Positions 14,501 through 26,095 of a DNA stretch of 64,000 nucleotides are shown piece after piece. A program made the position numbers and the translations under genes. The first letter of the stretch is position 1; each line of letters opens with the position of its first letter. The DNA is from Gordius albopunctatus (lineage: Eukaryota), in contig OZ193909.1 in assembly GCA_964276515.1 (NCBI GenBank), positions 8,556,001-8,620,000 of the forward strand, read 5' to 3'. The notes beneath the pieces are model-generated. The model made no database searches. It was not told the origin of the DNA and saw only the letters and a program-made list of their open reading frames with translations.

Positions 14501-14724
14501 TATTTGTTGATACCAAAAGTTTTGACAATTTAAAGGTAAGTGTCTATAACAATAATAAATTATTGAACTTTTTAATTTTATTTGTAGTGGCCTCAATAAA
14601 AAATATGACTATATATTTGTGAAGAAATACCCCTTATATAGTATAATCAAACTGGCTAAAAGGATAATTGATAACTTTTATTAAATATAAAACAAAATTA
14701 TAAAAACGAGAATAATATATATAA

Positions 14725-16623
14725 TTATTGAATTATTAAAGCTTTTTTAGCCTTAGAAGGCCTACCTCTTTTTCTTTTTTGGCATATAGCAACATTTTTA
14801 GCCTCTAAAGGAGGTTTACATAGTTTTAATGTAATGGCAAGTCCTATAATATGCTTGCACATGTAATTTCGAAAGTATGATGGGCAATTACATTGACCCT
14901 TTTGTCACATATTATCTTCTTGGGGGAGGATAATGGACCAAGACTTAAAATTTTGCATTTTAAAATCCTCGAAAGAGGCCCAGTTAACTATATTAATGCT
15001 TATATCTTGATTTGTGGTTGAGCTTATTTTGGAAGGCACAACATAAACTCTTTCATTTCTATTGTTAATCATTGTTGCGCTTTTGTTGAGCTTGGCCCAT
15101 TGGTAGCTCTCCGTACAAAGCCTTGTAGTTATTGTTGGTGAAGAAGCCACAGTGGTTTGTTGCAACTGGTAACGTAAAGACCATTTCTTAACCATATCCA
15201 TGGCAACAATTTTGAAACATGCCAGAGGGATTCTTTCCCTTAAAGTATAAAAGTCTTTAATTGTTCTATTAGTAGATTCTAAACAATTGTTAGTTGATGG
15301 TGTTTTATCTCTATAGCCAATAAACCATGAGTTGTTTTTGTTTATCCATTCATTTTTGAAATAGGCAATGAATGTGGGTATTTTAGAGTCCCATTTTAAA
15401 AGGAACAGTTTTGTTGCTTTCACAAACACATTTTCATTTTGGCATAGCTGAAGCTTGTCAATGTCTTCAGTTAGGTGATCTTGATAGTGCTTATCAACTA
15501 ACAATACCTATTTTCCCAATAAATATATAAAAATTATAAGTTAAATACTTTTTTTGCTATGTTTCTTCTTATATGAGCCCAACATACCACCACCATTTTA
15601 TCCCCAAAAACAGCTTTAAATGCCCTATGAATTGCACTGGCTGCATCAGTGACAAGAACTTCAAAAGCAGGAAGTTTATTAGTTATTTTCAGGATTTCAT
15701 CTTTTAAGCTTTGAAACATAAAGTAGAAGTCTTCTTCTGCTTCATTAGTACTAACACAAACTCCCAAGGGATGAAATTTTCTGTCTAAATCTGAGGTACC
15801 TACAAGTAAAAGTGGAAAACCTTGCCACATAATTTTGTACATAGCATCAGCATGTAAAACTTCTGAAAGGTGTGAGTTTGATAGGAGCCTAAGAAATTTA
15901 TAGAAACAAACATCACTTATTTTTTACCTTTTGGTTGAAATAAAAAATTTAAATCTTCCATCTTCATAAGATGCTTCATAAGCAACAATGTAGGGAGTGT
16001 CCTCTTCCTCAGGTAATGATGAATTTTCACTCAACCATAATTCAAGTTCCCCAAGACTGATGGTTGAGGCTCCGTACTTTCTTTTCCTAAGTGTTGTCAA
16101 AAAGTTTCTTAATTGAGGCAACGAAGGTGAGGGCAGGTTCATTTTATTTATGTTGTCTAATATTCCTTTTGGTTTTAGACCCAATTCAAACATACGACGT
16201 ACTTCAGTTTTGACCAATCTTCAATTTTATTCAAAATTGAGGGAATTGAATCATGGGTGTGCATGGAATCAGCATCATATACAATAACCCTGTCTGACGT
16301 TGATTCATAAAGCATATAACATCGTGCTTCGCATTGCACTCCACGAAACTTTACTTGATTACATCTAAGTATATTTATATATGCCACTTTAAATTACATT
16401 ACCTGTAATAAACTTTGGTGCCTTCCTCGGTTTTATTTCGGTACCAGAAGCTCCATACTTTTTCGCCTTTGAGAGCCCTTTTAGCTTCAGATTCATTGTC
16501 AAAAGAAGCTTTCTTTAACCATTTAATTGATCTATATGGTTGCCTGGGATGAATTTCAAGCCCTGAGCTTCCTGCTTCTTCCTCATCATCTGATTTATAA
16601 GGCGAGATTCGTGTGATTTCCAT
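14725..16623 (-). pseudogene. Mutator/MULE DDE transposase with C-terminal SWIM finger and AT-hook; 3 introns; disrupted
   Basis: HADAMYK (D1), VTDAA (D2), CWAH, TNNCLES (E), CNCPSYFRNYMCKH (SWIM), KRGRP; GT-AG introns at 16365-16402, 15889-15927, 15508-15548; frameshift near 16217 and TGA at 14905-14907. Confidence 0.9.
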
Positions 16624-16744
16624 ATTAAGCAATTAATAAATGAACGCATGTATATCAAATCAGTTGTAACACATTTATTATTGTCCGAGAAAATGCCATA
16701 TTTAATGTTATATTAAAAACACTTCACTTAAATTATTATGATCT

Positions 16745-17150
16745 TAATTACTTAGCATAATTTATTTTAATACTTAGCAATCTATTTTATTACCTAGCAT
16801 AATTCATTTAAATACTTAGCAATTTATTTTATTACTTAGCATAATTTATTTAAATACATAGCAATTAATTAAATACTTAGCAAAATTTAGTTAAATACAT
16901 AGCAAAAAAATAAAATACTTAGCAAAAGAATTATATACTTAGCAAAAAAATAAAATATTTAGCAAAAAAATAAAATACTTAGCAAATGAATTAAATACTT
17001 AGCAAATGAATTAAATACTTAGCATTTGATTTTAATACTGAGAATTAATTTAAATACTTAGCAAAGGAATTAAATACTTAGCAAATGAATAAAATACTTA
17101 GCAATGAAGCTAAAAATACTTAGCGATTCGAATAAAATACTTAGCAAATT
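16745..17150. repeat. Short-motif array (AAATACTTAGC)n, inverted partner of 14110-14500
   Basis: ~20-bp periodicity, roughly 20 copies. Confidence 0.9.
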
Positions 17151-17559
17151 TTTTGTTGTGTTTCTTAAATAATGTTAAATTAAAAAATTTTATTTTAATT
17201 GATATGGTATATTAAGACAATTGTTGACCGCAAATCTTCAAAAATATATTTTCTAATATTAGAAAATCTTTGTCATTTAATAAGTCAATTTTCAAAAAAA
17301 ATATAAATTTTAATAGAAAATGTTGATCATGACATTTGTCACCACTGTGACCCCAAATCTTCCCAAATTTTTTTCTCTAATACTAGAACATCTTTTAGTC
17401 ATATAATAAATCTATTTTCAAAAAAAAAATTAATTTCAATAGAAAATGTTGATTATGACATTTGTCACCACTGTGACCGGGAAAATTCAAAAAAATATTT
17501 TGAAAGGGTTAAAAAGAGCTTTCCGGCCCCCCCCGGGTGAGAAATCGGGTAAAAAATAA

Positions 17560-17810
17560 GAAGAGGGGCGAATCACCCCCTCCCCCCTTACCGCGGGGGG
17601 GGGGGCAAAATACCCACCATGCCCCCCCTTCCCCCGCATCAGAAAGAGGGTAAAAAATAGGGAGGGGGGCAAAACACCCACCATGCCCCCCCTTTTCCCC
17701 CGCATCAGAAAGAGGGTAAAAAATTTGGGGGGGGGGGCAAAATAGCCACCATGCCCCCCCCCCTTCCCCCGCATCAGAAAGAGGGTAAAAAATGGGGGGG
17801 GGGGCAAAAC
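17560..17810. repeat. G/C-run minisatellite, ~58-bp unit x ~4 (right arm, inverted)
   Basis: Reverse complement of the 12862-13330 unit. Confidence 0.95.
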
Positions 17811-20800
17811 TTCACAAAAATATAATTAAATATAATTTACTAGAGATTAGATTATAATACTTTTCACTATGACGTCACAATGGGAAAAGTTTCCAATCAG
17901 TGGCGTCATAATACATCTTTTTTTATTTTCTTAAATTAAAAGTTCATTAACTAAATCTAAATACAGCAAATATGATAACAATACAAACAAATTGATATAT
18001 TTGCATGCCCAACCCAAAACGACCAAAACCAAACCAAAAGGTTAAATATATTATCCACCCAAACCCTTTAGGTGTTTAATCCACCCAAACCTAAACGCCA
18101 AGGGTGGCCCATAAAAATTCACCCAAAACGCTTTGGCTGTTTTTTACGAAAACGCCAAAGCCCTCCCAAGAAAATTCACCTAACACTGATAGGGTTGGGT
18201 GAAAAAAAACGCCAACAACTAAGCTTAGCAATACGCTGGGAAAAACCAGCCAGCCGTTTTTACAACACTACTATGTATGTGTGTATGTAAGGGCTAAATT
18301 CTGAAACTACCAACCCGATTCGCGCGAAACTTTACCCGTAGGTTCCCAGGGCGGCCAGGGGTAAAATAGCTATTTCAGAATCCTAAAATTCCTTTTAGTT
18401 TTAAAAATATGGGCCTTTTAGTTTTAAAAAATGGCTTAATTCTGAAACTACGGCCCGATTCGCGCTAAAATTTAGCCGTAGATGGCCAGGGAGACCAGGG
18501 ATAAAATAGCTTCTTTAGATTCCTAAAATACCTTTTCGTTTTAAAAATATCGGACATTTCCCGGCCAGTTTCATTTATACCAGCATATACAATAATGACG
18601 CCATACATACAAGTCTGAAGTTTTTCGAATTAGATATTTAAATATATAATAAAAATGTTACAGTATACGGTCAAAATTATTGGGGTTTAACAAACTATTT
18701 AAATTAAATAAATAATATTTAAATTATTATCACGTGGTCGATCATAGAAGCATATTTTTAATAATTATCCATCCTTCAATTAATTATTTTATTATATTAA
18801 AGAAAATTGTATTTCAAATAAATCAGCTATCTAGAAAAATAAAATAATGGTATTATTGTATAATAAGTAACCGCATTGATCAGAAATTTTTTCAAAAACA
18901 TTTAATTTTAGTCGGATTTGGTGACTAGAACAGAATTTGCATTTTGTTTGTCTTATTATATATATATACTAAAAATAGTGGATTCATAAAATCCATGACG
19001 TGATAAAATTCGTGCCCCATTTCAATATATAAAATGTATAAGTCTAATATTTATTTATAATCATATTAAATTAATCCTATAAATAAATAATAGATATATC
19101 TACTTATATTCTAACTTTCCTAAGCCCACTTCTTAAATTTTAACAGACAATCTAAATTACAATGTTATACAAATTTTAAAAATTCAAATAAAATTGATGT
19201 TTTTTTTTAATTTTCTGTTTATAAAACCTTATATAATTTTAGAATAACGTATATAAATTGCCTATTTTTCATATCTCTCTTAAAGATGACCCAAATTCTT
19301 TCATATATGTCCTATCAATACGTAATAATATTTAACTGATATAGAACTAAGCCAAAGCAACGCTTGGCCGGGCACAGCTAGTTTTATATATTAAACAAAC
19401 AGCGATCCTTTAGTACTATACTTCAAATTTATTTATAGTTTTTTAATTTGTACTCCATAGAAAATTTTATCTATTGTCAATGAGATGTCGTGTCGTGCTA
19501 TATCATTGAAAAGTTTGTGTATTAAGTTTTTTTTAAATATAAAGTTAAAGGTATACCATTTGGATTTTAGTAACACTTAGTTAATAATTTTAATAAAACA
19601 GGAGAAATTTTTATCTTGTATAAATTTTTCTTAAATGTCGAGACGAGATCGAGATTTTCATAATCGCTCCCGAGACGAGATGATATTTTGCTTTCGAGAC
19701 CGAGACGAGATCGAAACACTATCAGTAACAAACACAAATATAGCTTCTTGGATCACGAGAGTACACAAGCTCAACCACCACTACAAAGTATTTCTAACTC
19801 GGTTGAGAGAATTATTAGATCTAACTGCTTGGATTTTGGTGTAATTTTATAAACTTTTATTCAAATAATTCAACAACAAACCTAATTTTGAGATTAAAAA
19901 AGCATAATATCTTAATGGCCAAAGGGTTGGGGCGGATTACGAGATAGTCTAAAATCGAAGTCCATACACTAAAATTTGAGGTTTAGCGTTAAGTCGGAAA
20001 CCTGTTGTAAAACCCCTCTTTAACAATCATGTCTCCAATCTGTTTAATTTAGCGAAAATAAAAAATTATTTTAATTTCCACAAATTCAATTTAACTTTAT
20101 TTTTATAAAATATTAACGCTAAATAGATTAATATTGAGCATTATTAATTAAAATTACTGAGCATTTTTGATTTTTTTACTGAGCATTTAAATAACATCCT
20201 TTATTTAAGTACTGCATATAAATTATTTTTGTGACACCCTTAACAATATAGAGAAGGCACAAAAAGGCGCCAAATATTTTATAAATATAAAGTTATATTC
20301 GTTTATATTCATTTCATTTTTCTTGGTGTTATTTATTAACGTATAACATGTCTTGTTACGATTTTGACTATATCATAGATGAAAGTGATGTCGAATTACT
20401 AATTTGGTCATAAGCAATTATAAAATTAAGATTCTTACCAATGAGATTTTATGGTAAAATACGCTTTAAGATAACAAGCAATAATTGAAATTAAAATGAG
20501 TAACTCATTTTAGCAGCTCAAAAAATTTATTTCAAATTTTAGATTAGATTATGATAATATTATCTCACCGTTGTAAACGCAAGGCTGGAAATTTTTTTAA
20601 TAGTAAAACTTATTTTACACATTATTACAAATTCTTTTAAACGAGTCATCATCACTTTTAGAAAAGTGTAACGATAACCCTTCAATTAAATGTTTTTTTG
20701 TATTTTATAAATTAAGCTAAATTAAAAAGAATATTAATATTAGAATCTTATTTATTAAAGCCTATTTTATGAAAAGAAAATTATTTTTTTAATACCTAAG

Positions 20801-20832
20801 AAAATTTGCACGCACATTTATTAGGTAATAAC

Positions 20833-21045
20833 TAGTGATGGTGAAATAGCGTTGATAGGCGTTAAAGCTATAGCACATAGTCACGCGGAAGCGCTACAGT
20901 TATAGCACATAGTCACACGAGGGCGCTAAAGCTGTAGGAGATAGGAACACGAGGGCGCTAGAGTTGTAGGAGATAGTCACACGAGAGCGCTAGAGCTGTA
21001 GATAGTCACATAAGGTGTTAGAGCTCTAGCGTGGCGCTATCATTG
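20833..21045. repeat. hAT-like end followed by a ~30-bp tandem repeat x ~5
   Basis: TAGTGATG start; GCGCTA(A/G)AGCTGTAGGAGATAGTCACACGAG units; no partner TIR found. Confidence 0.55.
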
Positions 21046-21805
21046 TTATGAATTTTTACTGTTAATTAGCTTATGCGCACATGTGGTTTGAACTAAGTTT
21101 ATAGGCGAATTTAATTAATAGGCCCAGGGCTATCAATAAGTGACCTAAATTATTAAGTATGAAAGACGCAGGCATATAAATAAACAGAAATAAACCCTTT
21201 AAAATAAATCAAGCAAACTAGAAAGCTAATATTAATGCCTTGTAAATTAAGTTTCACTTTTTACAAGTTCGTTAGTTATAAGCGCAATCTTTGCAAGTGA
21301 GAGGGGGGGGGGGTTGAATAAAAATATTGTATTAAAAAAGTGAGATGGAGTTTTATACGGAGTTAATATAATTATGCTAATGAATTCAGGATGTAAATTC
21401 ATTATTCTAGGGAGATTATATCAGGATGTTAATTCCTTTTTCTATGGATATGGGAAGATAGGAGTGTTCCCCAACTTAAAATAGAAAACTAAATATGAAT
21501 TTAACCCTGCCACTAGCTTCCCCAAAACCCACTTGTCCAATTCCACACCCTCAAACCCTCCATATTTCCCCACTGACAATTTCCATCCCATCTCACCCTT
21601 ACAGCTAGTCCATTACACATTGGGATTGGAGCACATAGTCGAAGAAGAAAACCAGAGGGAGCCTTCATTCTTTAAGGGAAAGGTGTTATATATGTGTTGT
21701 ATATGTGAATACGTAGATTTGTATATCATCGCCTACAGATTATATAATTACTATAATTATATAGTTTAATATTGTAAGCCAAAATCCGAGTTGGCAAAAA
21801 AAGAA

Positions 21806-24800
21806 CTTCTTCTTCTTCTTTATCAGTTATTTGGTCCCACATTGGTGGGGTTTGTTTTGATGAGTCTCTTCCATCTTGACCGGGTTAGTGCCATGTCTTG
21901 ACGAATCTCTTTAGTTTCCATAACTTTATCGACTTGCCTTTTCCACGTGAGACGGGGTCGTCCTCTTCCTCTCTTCCCCGGTATTTTCATGTCTAGCACT
22001 TTTCGATTTACGTCATCCGGGTCCCTTCTTAGTATATGCCCATACCACCTTAGCCGATTTTCGTTAATCATGTCCGCCATAGGTTGAATACCCATTTTTG
22101 TCATGAGAAAGTCATTCGTCATATGGTCGAGCTTAGTATACCCCAAGCTCCACCGTATCATTCTCATCTCCGTGGCTTGTAATAGCTTTCCTTCCGTGGT
22201 GTTTAATGCCCATGTTTCACTTCCATAGAGTAACACCGGTCTTACGATGGATTTGTAAGCTTTGCTCTTTAACCATATTGGCATTTTCTTGTCGCACATT
22301 ACACCGGATATACTTCGCCATTTAAGCCATCCTTTTTGAATCCGGGCATTGATTTCAGTTGCGCAACCTCCCTCTTGATGTAGCATAGAGCCGAGGTAAT
22401 TAAACCTGTCTACTTTTGGGTACTTTAGGTGGTCATCCAGCGATGGGGTGCTTGTACCGTTCATTTCCATGTATACCGTTTTTCGATCGTTGACCTTTAA
22501 ACCATATCCAGCTAAGCGCTTTGACCACTTTTCTGCTTCTTCGAATACCTTCTCCCTTGTTTCCTCGCATAGTACTATATCATCGGCATATAGCATACAC
22601 CATGGCGATGGCTTTTGAAAGTCCCTCGTTATCGTGTCTATAATTATATTAAATAAAAAGGGACTTAAAGCAGAGCCTTGATGTAATCCAATATTAACCC
22701 GAAAAGGTTTAGAGTCTCCAACTGTCGTCCTAACGCAAGAGTTTGAGGCTTCATAGATATTTTTCATAAGCCGTATATATGCGTCAGGGATATTTTGTTT
22801 CCTCAGGCACCACCAAATTAAATCGCGGGGGACCGTGTCATAAGCTTTCTCCAAGTCGATAAAAACCATATGTAGGTCTTTCCTCTTTTCACCATACTTA
22901 TCCATCATTTGTCTTAGGGCGAAGATTGGGTCGATTGTGGATTTGCCGGCCACGAATCCGAATTGATTAGCCGATATTTCCACCTCGTTTTTCAGCCTTG
23001 TTACTAAGATCCTTTCCAAAAGCTTCAAGGAGTGGCAAGTTAGCTTGATACCTCTGTAATTGCCGCAGTCCTGAGGGTCTCCTTTCCCTTTGAATAAAGG
23101 TATAATCGTGCTTGCTCTCCATTGATTAGGGATTCGCTCTTCTACCAATATCTTGTTAAGGAGGTTCGTCATGGTGGTGACTCCTTCTTCACGACATCCG
23201 AGCAATGCTTCCATAGGTATTCCATCTGGGCCATTTGCTTTTCCTTTTTGCATCTTGTTCATTTGTGTCCTAACTTCATCCTTCTGAAAGAGTTCGACCA
23301 TACTTATATTTGGCTCAATTTCGGGAAGGGAATCCTTGTCATTTGCAATATTCATAAGTTTCTTAAAATATCCTTTCCACCTTTCCATCACTTCCTTCGG
23401 CTTGAATAAGGTTTGACCCTTCTCGCTTTTGACTATTTTAAGAACTCCGACATCTCGACTTTTCTTCTCCCTTATCTTGGCCAATTTGTACATAAGCCTA
23501 TCGCCCCCTTTATGATCCAGTTTGTTTGCCATCTCGGTGTACGCAGCATTCTTCTCTTTTGCAACGGCCTTTTTTGCGGCCCTCTTTGCGTCCCTGTACT
23601 CTTGATAATCCTCCGACTTTTTTGATTTATGCCACCGTCTATATAGATTTTTCTTTATTTCGATGCAATCTTTAACCGATTGATCCCACCACCATAGTTC
23701 CCTATTCATAGCTTTGCCTCCTTTGGTCTGTCCTAGAACACGAATCGCTGTTTCCTTAATGTCCTTAGATAGCGTTTCCCAATCTTCGTCTACGTCCCTT
23801 TGCAACTTCCTTGCACCCAAGAGTGAGGAGGCTTTTTGATGGTATTCTTCGTTCGTCGACGTATTCTTTAGCCTTTCGTATCGAATTCGAGGTTCATATA
23901 CCTTTCTTCTTTCGGGAAATACTCTTCTGTCAAGATCCATAACAAGGGGACGATGTTGCCTGGCGATTTCTTCTCCCGGTATTACTTTGCAATCTTTGAT
24001 ACTCCATAAGTCCTTTCGCCGTATAAGCAAATAGTCGATTTGACTAAAATGCTTCCCACTTCAATAGGTCACAATATGATCTTCGCGCTTTTGAAAATAG
24101 GTGTTAACGATCGCCATGTCATATGCTTGGGATACTTGGAGAAGTTTTTCCCCTTCTTTGTTCTTCAGACCATGCCCATAGCCTCCATGATTGCGTTCAT
24201 ACCCGAGGCGATCTTTCCCTACGTGAGCGTTGAAATCGGCCCCAATAATTAGCCTTTCTTCCTGTCGGATTCCTTGTATTTCCTTTTCCAATGATTCGAA
24301 GAATATGTCTTTCTCTGATTCCGAACACCCAATTTGGGGAGCATACGCGCACATAACGGTTAGGAGGCCCCCTTGATCTGCAATCTTCACCCACATTAAC
24401 CTGTCGGAACAACGTTTGACTTCCACCACCTTGTCCTTGAACGATTCACTTAGAACGATACCGATCCCGTTTCTACGATTTGGTGACCCACTGTAGAAAA
24501 GCTTGTATCTTTCTCCTAATTCCCGAGCTTTCGTTCCGTTCCACCTCGTCTCTTGTAGGCAGGCGATGTGTACCTTTCTTCTTTTTAACATCTGTGCGAC
24601 CTCGATGCTCTTCCCCGTCAACGTTCCCACATTCCAGCACGTAATTCGCATTCTTTCCACAACTAGTTTCCTTAACCGCCTTCGTTGTGAGTTGTGCAGT
24701 AACCCTAGTGTATTTTTCACATTGCACGGGCGGGGTATGCAGTGCGCGTCGTTTGTGGAGGACGCCCTAGCCTTTTCTTGTAAAGTCTCGTTTGAAACTA

Positions 24801-24890
24801 TCATAAATTTTGGAGTTGATTTTTATAGCCGGTTTCCGACCTGACGCCAACCCTCCACTTTTTGCACACGGACTTGGGACCGTCGTAGGT
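21806..24890 (-). mobile_element. Full-length young RTE LINE (family B, copy 1)
   Basis: (GAA)n tail; single APE-RT frame; short structured 5'UTR whose boundary (GTAGGT) is shared with copy 3; convincing TSD not found. Confidence 0.95.
21823..24804 (-). CDS. RTE APE endonuclease-reverse transcriptase, ~993 codons, interrupted by a single in-frame TGA at 24061-24063
   Basis: ORFs 24061-24804 and 21823-24030 share a frame; CWNVGTL, LQET, GADFNAHVG, QIDY, FIDLEKAYD, GLHQGSALSP, YADD, YLGS. Confidence 0.9.
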
Positions 24891-25383
24891 TTTGAACAGA
24901 TGTTTTAATTTACATATTTTAGTTGTATTATTTTAGTTCCCCACCCCGGCCTTACCATCAATAAAAGGATCAATTCTAATTTTATAGTTATTATTATGAT
25001 TTAGTATTATTAGATTTTTATTAATTTAACAATTTCATATATAGAAAATCTATAATGTTAAATCTAATACTAATGTTTTATAGCGTGTAGAAAATATAGT
25101 ATAGACATTGTTAACACATAACATGAACAGAGACACATTCATACATATCATTTTCTAGAACATATCATACATATACATTCAAATTAAAACATCATCCCAT
25201 CATACACATACATTCAAATTCAAACATCATCCTTCCTGCACTTAAGCATTATCATTTACTTTATTTATATTTCATATAATCTTACATTTTGTACTATTAT
25301 ATTTCACATATATATTTTCAAGACTTCGAATTTCCATTATACATATTTTAACTATTTCAATAAAATATTAATTTTGAAACAGA

Positions 25384-25693
25384 CATAGACTAATAAAACC
25401 ATAGACTGCCAAAAAGCTGTTAATTTTACAGCATATAGAGCAAGCGCCATTTTGTTGGAAAAATTGTAACCAAACAATGGAATTCAGCAAAATTTATTGT
25501 TCTAATTTACATATTTTTTTTAATTCATAAATTAAGCTATTAGCCTTATTTATTTTCTTCAACATTTTACGTGGGGAAGTATAAATATACCAGTTGTTGA
25601 GTTTTTCCTACAAAATGGCAGCCATTTTGGTGTCTGAATGATTTCAATAGTAAAAATCAGCTGTTGGGCAATCTGTAGTTTTATTAGTCTATG
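25384..25693. mobile_element. MITE with P-element-like CATAGA ends
   Basis: TIR CATAGACTAATAAAAC/GTTTTATTAGTCTATG with an extended imperfect match; no clear TSD. Confidence 0.7.
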
Positions 25694-25695
25694 AG

Positions 25696-25847
25696 TATAG
25701 ATGGCGCTAATATTACTTTTTACGATATTATTTTTTTCCTTATAGATATAAAAGTTCTACATAAGTTTTTCAATGTATTAGAAATTAGTAAATAAATTGC
25801 AGGTTAATGATATAATTAAAAGAATACTCTAATTAGCGCCATCTATG
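25696..25847. mobile_element. Small MITE adjacent to the previous one
   Basis: TIR ATAGATGGCGCTAAT/ATTAGCGCCATCTAT. Confidence 0.6.
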
Positions 25848-25914
25848 GGCAATCTTAATTAGAGACTAATTTGAACTATGTATATCCCTATCTTTTTTAG
25901 TATGTGACTCGAAA

Positions 25915-25975
25915 ATGATAACAGCCATATAACGTTTTCGCTCTTATTAGAGCTCATCAGAGGGGTTGTTATTAT
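25915..25975 (-). ncRNA. Minimal type I hammerhead ribozyme (Penelope-like), probably decayed
   Basis: Minus strand CTGATGA-GCTCT-AATA-AGAGC-GAAAACGTTA; flanks ATAACAACC/GGCTGTTAT form distal stem I; proximal stem I mismatched. Confidence 0.65.
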
Positions 25976-26095
25976 CTTCTGAATTGTTTTCAATGTAGTT
26001 AATTTATTTTCAATTTAACATAAGTTTTATTTTTTGTTTGGGCTTTTGTAAGCTTATATTAACTAGATATAAATTTTGAAAATAAATATTAAAAT

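Larger units (their letters stand above)
12438..18270. mobile_element. Foldback-type DNA transposon with long repeat-containing inverted arms, carrying a MULE transposase
   Basis: Termini TAGTGTTGTAAAAA/TTTTTACAACACTA; perfect 8-bp TSD CTATGTAT; ~12485-13320 is inverted at ~17560-18215. Confidence 0.9.
12409..19381 (+). mobile_element. Non-autonomous Helitron
   Basis: A|TCTATATATATAAAG start; hairpin GCCAAAGCAACGCTTGGC at 19351-19368 then CTAG|T; no TSD; internal ~140-bp duplication at 18290-18560. Confidence 0.85.
10941..19721 (+). mobile_element. hAT element (GAGAC-repeat family), decayed, inserted in the RTE 5'UTR
   Basis: Ends TAGTGATGCGG.../...CGAAACACTA; TCTCG/CGAGA subterminal repeats; TSD CCAGTAAC/TCAGTAAC; same ends as 37584-42592. 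Confidence 0.9.
7956..19809 (-). mobile_element. Decayed full-length RTE-clade LINE (family A); ORF remnant ~7965-10750, 5'UTR split by the insertion at 10941-19721
   Basis: APE motifs (GAWNIGTM, GTDLNGHVG, ITYKSGIRSTQIDF) and RT motifs (FIDLEKA, FADD); GAA-type tail; 13-bp TSD AATTTTTAGATCT/AATTATTAGATCT (7943-7955, 19810-19822). Confidence 0.9.

Noticed and set aside
12918..17807. Pro/Gly-rich ORFs 12918-13328 and 17487-17807
   Set aside because: Products of the G/C-run minisatellite
20865..21030. CRISPR-like periodic repeat
   Set aside because: No unique spacers, no cas genes, eukaryotic context
14905..24063. Genome-wide TGA reassignment (TGA in MULE and RTE frames)
   Set aside because: The expected residues differ (W versus K/R), the MULE also has a frameshift, and the KRI1 model has no in-frame TGA and uses TGG
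23122..24844. Plus-strand ORFs overlapping the RTE (also 39556-40686 and 8792-9425)
   Set aside because: Antisense shadows, repeated only because the element is repeated
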